NCBI GenBank assembly: GCA_964553825.1
Contig: CAZKLT010000001.1
Coordinates: 126,989 to 190,988 of the forward strand
Length of the DNA stretch: 64,000 nt
Direction: 5' to 3'
Source: an uncultured Gammaproteobacteria bacterium
GTDB taxonomy: Bacteria; Patescibacteriota; Microgenomatia; UBA10105; UBA927
A program made the position numbers and the translations under genes. The notes under the pieces were generated by a model. It saw nothing but the letters and a program-made list of their open reading frames with translations, was not told the origin of the DNA and made no database searches. Of the stretch, positions 59,018-64,000 are shown piece by piece. Each line of letters starts with the position of its first letter. Within the stretch, counting starts at the first letter, position 1.

Positions 59018-59400
59018 TTCTCGATAACAAGTTTCCCGCTCATTCGATAGTGGCCGTCTCCGCATAATACGGAGCAGTAGAATCCGAAGATTGCGGGCCC
59101 TTGAGGCACAATGCGAATAACCGTTTCCCGCAACGGAGCCAATGATTCGTTAATATTCAGTTCGGCGATAAAAAAGCCATGCGGATAGACGTCTTCGTTA
59201 TAGATGCGAATTTCGGCCGGAAGCCTTCCGGAGATGGTGATTGTTTCGGGGGAAAATTTCCACTGATCCTTAAGAATCTTTGCGTTTATAATCTGTATGC
59301 CATTTTGTACTATAGTGGTACGTGAGACTTGCGCCTGATATATGAAAAAAGTGATGCTCACTACGAATACGGTAAGAAAAATTCCGGGTATTTTTTTCAT
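59014..59400 (-). CDS. Membrane-anchored cupredoxin with CuA-type motif
   Basis: DVYPHGF and CSVLCGDGHYRM (H...CxxxCxxxHxxM); TATGAT 7 nt before ATG 59400. Confidence 0.85.
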   Translation of the reverse strand: MKKIPGIFLTVFVVSITFFIYQAQVSRTTIVQNGIQIINAKILKDQWKFSPETITISGRLPAEIRIYNEDVYPHGFFIAELNINESLAPLRETVIRIVPQGPAIFGFYCSVLCGDGHYRMSGKLVIEN

Positions 59401-60406
59401 GCTACTCATCATAGCACTTGGAGGTACGGGGTGGATATTTCTCCGTGCACAGAGACCAGCCGTTGTGTCTGAGCGCTTTGATTCATATCGCGAACTCCAT
59501 GCTGCCTTCAATCAGGTTGTGGCGCGACGCGGCATCGGAGAGACGCTTGATATGGTGCGGGATACTTTCATTCGGGGAAATATTACGATCAACGAATGCC
59601 ACAGTCTTCTTCATCAATTAGGCCATGCGGCGTACGAATTTCATCGGGATGACTGGAATGTGCTCACGTTGGAAAAAACGCGATTGTGCATGGATGGATT
59701 TGCCCATGGCGTGGAAGCACAAATGGCAATGGAATGGCCACTGCATGCCGAACGTGTCCGCGACGATCTTCGGAGGTACTGTAAGGAGATGAGGGCGCTA
59801 GATCAATCATGGTCGTGCTATCACGGCGCCGGTCATGCGTTCATCCAGCGGTACGGAAATGATGCGCCGATTGCACTATCAAAATGTGACGAGGCGGTGC
59901 CGCAGGAAGATGAAGCGGAAGATTGTTGGCGGGGCGTCTTTAGTGAATACCGTAATTTTCTTAATGCGTATGACGGGGACAATGAGGCACCAATTCCCGG
60001 CATGACGCCCAAAACAATACCCGTAAGCGAAACGTTTTACGAATGCGCTGCGGTACCATCGAAGTATCATGATGCGTGTATTTCCCAGTTTGCCGGGTAC
60101 CTCATCACTGATGATTTAGATGCGTCAGTTGCCACGTGTCTGACGTTTGGGGATTGGGTGTGGCGCAGATGTATCCAGACGGTAGCAAGTTCGTTCGTTG
60201 CCAACACATTTGCCCAAACCAATGTGATGATGCCGGTAAAAGCGCTTTCATCATTTACCGTATCAGCCCGTGAGGGATTTATCGATGGAATGTACGAGGG
60301 TTTGGTCGGTTTTCAGCGATCGGATTTCGCCACACAGTGGGATATGTTTTGCAGCGCGCTGGGAGGGATAGATGATCAGGCATATTGCCGGTCAAAAGTA
60401 TTGTGA
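59342..60406 (+). CDS. Membrane-anchored Cys/His-rich repeat protein (start uncertain: 59342, 59354 or 59399)
   Basis: CHSLLHQLGH, CMDGFAHG, CYHGAGH and CWRGVFSE; 12 Cys. Confidence 0.8.
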   Translation: MKKVMLTTNTVRKIPGIFFMLLIIALGGTGWIFLRAQRPAVVSERFDSYRELHAAFNQVVARRGIGETLDMVRDTFIRGNITINECHSLLHQLGHAAYEFHRDDWNVLTLEKTRLCMDGFAHGVEAQMAMEWPLHAERVRDDLRRYCKEMRALDQSWSCYHGAGHAFIQRYGNDAPIALSKCDEAVPQEDEAEDCWRGVFSEYRNFLNAYDGDNEAPIPGMTPKTIPVSETFYECAAVPSKYHDACISQFAGYLITDDLDASVATCLTFGDWVWRRCIQTVASSFVANTFAQTNVMMPVKALSSFTVSAREGFIDGMYEGLVGFQRSDFATQWDMFCSALGGIDDQAYCRSKVL

Positions 60407-60434
60407 TTTCTCACATTTGGTACAATACCGAAGT

Positions 60435-61652
60435 ATGAAATACCACATTGTCACATTCGGATGCGCCGCAAATGAAGCGGACAGCGAGCGTGTCGCGTCG
60501 TATTATGAGTCCAGGGGATATGCTTCTACGGCTGACATAGGAAACGCTGATGACGTTGTTATCAATACCTGCATGATTCGCGAGAAGGCCGAACATCGGG
60601 TCTATGGATTAGTCCATAATCTCACGCAGGAAAAGAAAAACGGACGGAAGATAAAGATTGTCGTTACGGGTTGCATGGTGGGAATGGCAGTTCGTGAGAA
60701 GACCGGGAAAATGCTTTCGCTCCTCAAGAAAAAAATGCCCGCAGTTGATGAATTCTTGCCGATTGAAGAGGTTGGATTTGACCATGCTCCGGTGCGGACG
60801 GATTTCACCCATGCCTGGGTGCCCATTTCAAACGGGTGTAATAATTTCTGTACGTTCTGCGTGGTTCCGTTTACGCGTGGACGGGAGATAAGCCGCCCGT
60901 TTGATGACATTCTTCTTGAATGTTTTGAGCTGGCAGGACAAGGATATAAAAAGGTGACTCTCGTAGGACAAAATGTGAACTCGTATGGCGCAGATCTTGT
61001 GGTAGGACCGCAGAATGTACAGGTATTGCGGGACGTGGAAGGATTGAGCTATTTTAATCAGACGTTTACGGAAGGGAGTGTCGGATACGAGATAAAAGGG
61101 AAATCCATAACGCCCTCCTTCGTTAAGCATTTGGGGAGACTACGGATTCCAACGCTGTTCCCTTATCTTCTGGATGAGATAAGCAAGATTGACGGAATTG
61201 AAGTGGTGGATTTTATTTCCAGCAATCCGTGGGATTTTTCAGATGAATTGATAGACGCAATCGCCAAAAATCCGAAAGTTTCTCGTCACATTCATCTTCC
61301 GGTGCAATCCGGAGATTCAGTGATGCTCAAGAAGATGAACAGGTGGTATACCAGAGAGGAGTACTTGACGCTTGTATCAAAACTGAAAAAGAAGATTCCT
61401 GAAATCACCATATCGACGGATATAATCGTCGGATTCTGCGGCGAAACGGATGAACAGTTTGAAAACACGGTGTCGCTTGCCCGAGAGGTAAATTTTACAA
61501 AAGCGTATGTCTCCATGTATTCAGATCGGCCGATGACCGCAGCGCATAAGGCATATAAGGATGACGTACCGCATCCGGTTAAGAAAAAAAGATGGCAAAT
61601 TCTTGAAGAGCTCATCAACAAAACGAATCTGCGTGCCGGAACATTCAAATGA
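60435..61652 (+). CDS. miaB: tRNA methylthiotransferase MiaB-like (radical SAM)
   Basis: TFGC..N..DSE, INTC, VTGC, GCNNFCTFC, HLPVQSG and TDIIVGF; coupled to miaA. Confidence 0.88.
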   Translation: MKYHIVTFGCAANEADSERVASYYESRGYASTADIGNADDVVINTCMIREKAEHRVYGLVHNLTQEKKNGRKIKIVVTGCMVGMAVREKTGKMLSLLKKKMPAVDEFLPIEEVGFDHAPVRTDFTHAWVPISNGCNNFCTFCVVPFTRGREISRPFDDILLECFELAGQGYKKVTLVGQNVNSYGADLVVGPQNVQVLRDVEGLSYFNQTFTEGSVGYEIKGKSITPSFVKHLGRLRIPTLFPYLLDEISKIDGIEVVDFISSNPWDFSDELIDAIAKNPKVSRHIHLPVQSGDSVMLKKMNRWYTREEYLTLVSKLKKKIPEITISTDIIVGFCGETDEQFENTVSLAREVNFTKAYVSMYSDRPMTAAHKAYKDDVPHPVKKKRWQILEELINKTNLRAGTFK

Positions 61653-62593
61653 ACGCAAAAGTTCTTGTCATAACGGGGCCAACTGCTACGGGGAAAACAA
61701 AAATAGCAGTATCCATGGCACGTCGTTTTGGCGGTGAACTCGTGTCAGCTGATTCCCGTCAGCTCTACCGGGGTATGGATATTGCTACGGGAAAGGATAG
61801 TGCGGCAGTCGGCAGTACCGCACTTTGGATGATCGATGTTGTGGATCCCGGTGATGAATTCAGCGTCAGTCAGTATGTGGCAGGGGCAAGGGCAGCTATC
61901 GCCGATATTCACACACGCGGAAAATTGCCCATAGTCGTCGGCGGTACGGGTTTTTATATTCAGGGATTGTTGCATCCTCTGGATACAATCGATATTCCGC
62001 CGAACCATCACCTTCGTAAACAGCTGGCGCGTGCGTCGCTTTCCGAGGTTACCCGTCGCCTCATGACGCTAGACCCTCAAGCATGGAAGGACATGAACGC
62101 CTCGGATCGTGCCAACCCCAGGCGCCTTATCCGCAAAATAGAAATTCTGACGGCCAGGCCGCGTGTGCCATCGGCTGCAGCAGCTCCTGCATATGACTCA
62201 CTGATTATCGGTCTTACGGCGCCATATGAAGAGCTTTATAGGCGGATAGACGATCGGGTTGATAAACGGATGGTAGAAGGAGTACTTGAAGAAGTACAAA
62301 GACTTCTGGACGCTGGGTACTCCTGGAATCTTCCTTCCATGAGCGGACTCGGATACCGTCAATGGTATGGGTATTTTACGGGAAACAGGCGGGACCGTGC
62401 GGCGCTTCTCCCCTCTATAGTGAAACAGTGGAAATTCGATGAGCATGCGTATGCGCGTCGTCAGATGACGTGGTTTAGGAAAATGCCAGCGATAGATTGG
62501 GTGGATATTCGGTTGCCCGATGTGGCGGACATTGTGGCGCGGAAAGTCGGCGCATGGTATACTGAACATCGGGATTTTCGGCATGAAAATTGA
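61649..62593 (+). CDS. miaA: tRNA dimethylallyltransferase
   Basis: GPTATGKT, SADSRQLY, VGGTGFY and YARRQMTWF. Confidence 0.97.
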   Translation: MNAKVLVITGPTATGKTKIAVSMARRFGGELVSADSRQLYRGMDIATGKDSAAVGSTALWMIDVVDPGDEFSVSQYVAGARAAIADIHTRGKLPIVVGGTGFYIQGLLHPLDTIDIPPNHHLRKQLARASLSEVTRRLMTLDPQAWKDMNASDRANPRRLIRKIEILTARPRVPSAAAAPAYDSLIIGLTAPYEELYRRIDDRVDKRMVEGVLEEVQRLLDAGYSWNLPSMSGLGYRQWYGYFTGNRRDRAALLPSIVKQWKFDEHAYARRQMTWFRKMPAIDWVDIRLPDVADIVARKVGAWYTEHRDFRHEN

Positions 62594-63587
62594 AATTTCC
62601 ATAAAAACAGTATTATTTGCTTTTGCCCTCGTTGCTGCTCTTTGGGTCCTCGGTCAGATTATTGATATTCTGATACTTTTGTTTATTGCGTTTCTTCTGA
62701 TGACAGCCATACATCCGTTGGTCGTGATGCTGGAGCGCGTGAGGATTCCTCGCGTGTTGGGTATTCTTCTTGTGTACGCGCTGGTGTTTGGCGTTTTTGG
62801 AGCTTCGCTTGTCGGAGCTATCCCAACGCTTGTTGTTCAATCGGCGCGTCTTACGCAGGAATTACCGGGCTTTGTGGCCCGAATTTTGCCATACTGGAAT
62901 ATTGATGTCACCGCTATAAGTCAGCAGATTGCCCCGATCGGTGAAAGCCTGGTGAAGGTAACCCTTGGCGTGTTTTCCAACATCGTTGCCGTTGTTACGG
63001 TTATGGTGTTTACTTTTTATTTTCTCATGGAGCGGCGTCATGCAGATCAGATTCTGACGAGTATTTTCGGAGCGGATGTGGCTGTGAGAGTCCTTATGGT
63101 TCTGAGAAGCATTGAACGTCGGCTCGGTTCATGGGTTCGAGGACAGTTATTGCTTATGGCCGTGGTAGGCGTCTTGTCATATATCGGGCTCGTGATGCTG
63201 CATATAGAATATGCGGTACCGCTTGCAATTTTTGCGGGCCTTCTTGAATTGGTGCCCATGATCGGACCGACGATTTCTGCTATTCCAGCAGTGCTTGTCG
63301 CACTCGGCACATCACCACTGTTGGCATTGAGCGTTGCCGCTCTCTATATCGTCGTTCAGCAGATAGAGAACAATCTTCTGGTGCCCCTTGTGATGAAAAG
63401 AAGTGTCGGTTTTCCGCCGCTTTTGACCATTATTATCCTGCTCGTTGGCGGCAGGCTTGCCGGTGTTGCCGGCGCAGTGTTGTCCATCCCTGTTGCGTTG
63501 GTCGTGCAGGAAGTTGCTTCTGATTTACTCTTCAAAGCAGGCGAAACCCCGAAGCACGCCACAAAAAATCCCTCCAAGACTTCCTGA
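62583..63587 (+). CDS. AI-2E family transporter
   Basis: WVRGQL, ELVPMIGP and QQIENNLLVP; multi-TM. Confidence 0.92.
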   Translation: MKIEISIKTVLFAFALVAALWVLGQIIDILILLFIAFLLMTAIHPLVVMLERVRIPRVLGILLVYALVFGVFGASLVGAIPTLVVQSARLTQELPGFVARILPYWNIDVTAISQQIAPIGESLVKVTLGVFSNIVAVVTVMVFTFYFLMERRHADQILTSIFGADVAVRVLMVLRSIERRLGSWVRGQLLLMAVVGVLSYIGLVMLHIEYAVPLAIFAGLLELVPMIGPTISAIPAVLVALGTSPLLALSVAALYIVVQQIENNLLVPLVMKRSVGFPPLLTIIILLVGGRLAGVAGAVLSIPVALVVQEVASDLLFKAGETPKHATKNPSKTS

Positions 63588-63596
63588 GGGATTTTT
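63564..63596. terminator. Bidirectional intrinsic terminator between the AI-2E gene and rnpB
   Basis: AAAAATCCCTC...GAGGGATTTTT perfect 11-bp inverted repeat. Confidence 0.7.
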
Positions 63597-63597
63597 C

Positions 63598-63958
63598 GTA
63601 CATTGGAATCTCATAAGCCAGATTCTGTTTTTACATTCTCATTTCTCTCATGCCCGTAAACTTTATCCCGCTTTCGCTTGCGCGAAATCACGAATGTGTG
63701 TTGGTGGCGGGATGGTCGCCGGTTGCAGCGGGTAGGATTGTCACGTTTCACCCATGTTCCAGAGCCGTCTGGCTCACAGGATCATGATCGTCTCTGCGAC
63801 TCTCCCGGCCGGTCAATTCCGACCTGGTTCTGCATCCCTTTCGGGACATAGACACTCGATCTTACGACGGGGAGCTTGCGCTCCCTCCCCGCACATTCTA
63901 CCTGTCTGGACTTTCCTCTCCGGATTCCTCCGGAGCGAGAATTCGGATTCCAATGTAC
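63598..63958 (-). ncRNA. rnpB: RNase P RNA
   Basis: On the minus strand: GAGGAAAGTCCAG (CR I), GCAGAGAC, GTGAAAC, AGAGAAAT and AACAGAATCTGGCTTA (CR V); 13-bp P1 GTACATTGGAATC/GATTCCAATGTAC. Confidence 0.95.
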
Positions 63959-63964
63959 CCTATA

Positions 63965-63970
63965 ATTATA
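63965..63970 (-). promoter_or_regulatory. -10 element of rnpB
   Basis: TATAAT on the minus strand 6 nt before the P1 5' end; overlaps a plus-strand TATAAT at 63961-63966. Confidence 0.6.
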
Positions 63971-64000
63971 CACTGTCTCTACAAGTTTTTCGAGCTTGAG

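Noticed and set aside
63445-63999. Short ORFs of 63-96 aa at the window end
   Set aside because: The region is explained by rnpB, its promoter and terminator
1-64000. Alternative genetic code (TGA=Gly), inteins or introns in rpoB/rpoC/recA/tRNA
   Set aside because: Conserved genes end at TGA (rplD, rplR, rpoA), have no in-frame stops or intein motifs, and the tRNA is uninterrupted

Overview
Core-genome window from a Patescibacteria (CPR) bacterium, most likely of the Microgenomates group. The assignment is inferred from the absence of rpmD/L30 in the spc operon, the shortened RpoB and L2, the tight gene packing, and use of TGA as a stop codon (code 11). The window holds rpoB-rpoC-rpsL-rpsG, then about 12 kb of accessory genes (DNA repair, thiol/redox, orphans) that split the str operon. 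These are followed by fusA, an antisense orphan, tuf and the whole S10-spc-alpha superoperon through rplM-rpsI. The right end carries tRNA-Pro(GGG), recA-recX-rny, HU, an ABC-2 exporter, a CuA cupredoxin facing a Cys/His-repeat protein, miaB-miaA and a structurally unusual RNase P RNA. I found no transposase, integrase, prophage or CRISPR array. Best leads: (1) a head-to-head pair of a CuA protein and a Cys/His-repeat protein that may be an uncharacterised surface copper/redox module; (2) a recurring promoter-hairpin-U-tract-ATG leader in front of rpoB, fusA, tuf, rplC, infA and an orphan; (3) widespread leaderless and bidirectional -10 promoters plus TAA-N-ATG coupling; (4) an RlpA-like protein pair near mltG; (5) a structured leader on tRNA-Pro and a variant rnpB. 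All calls are by-eye motif recognition; no database search or folding computation was run.
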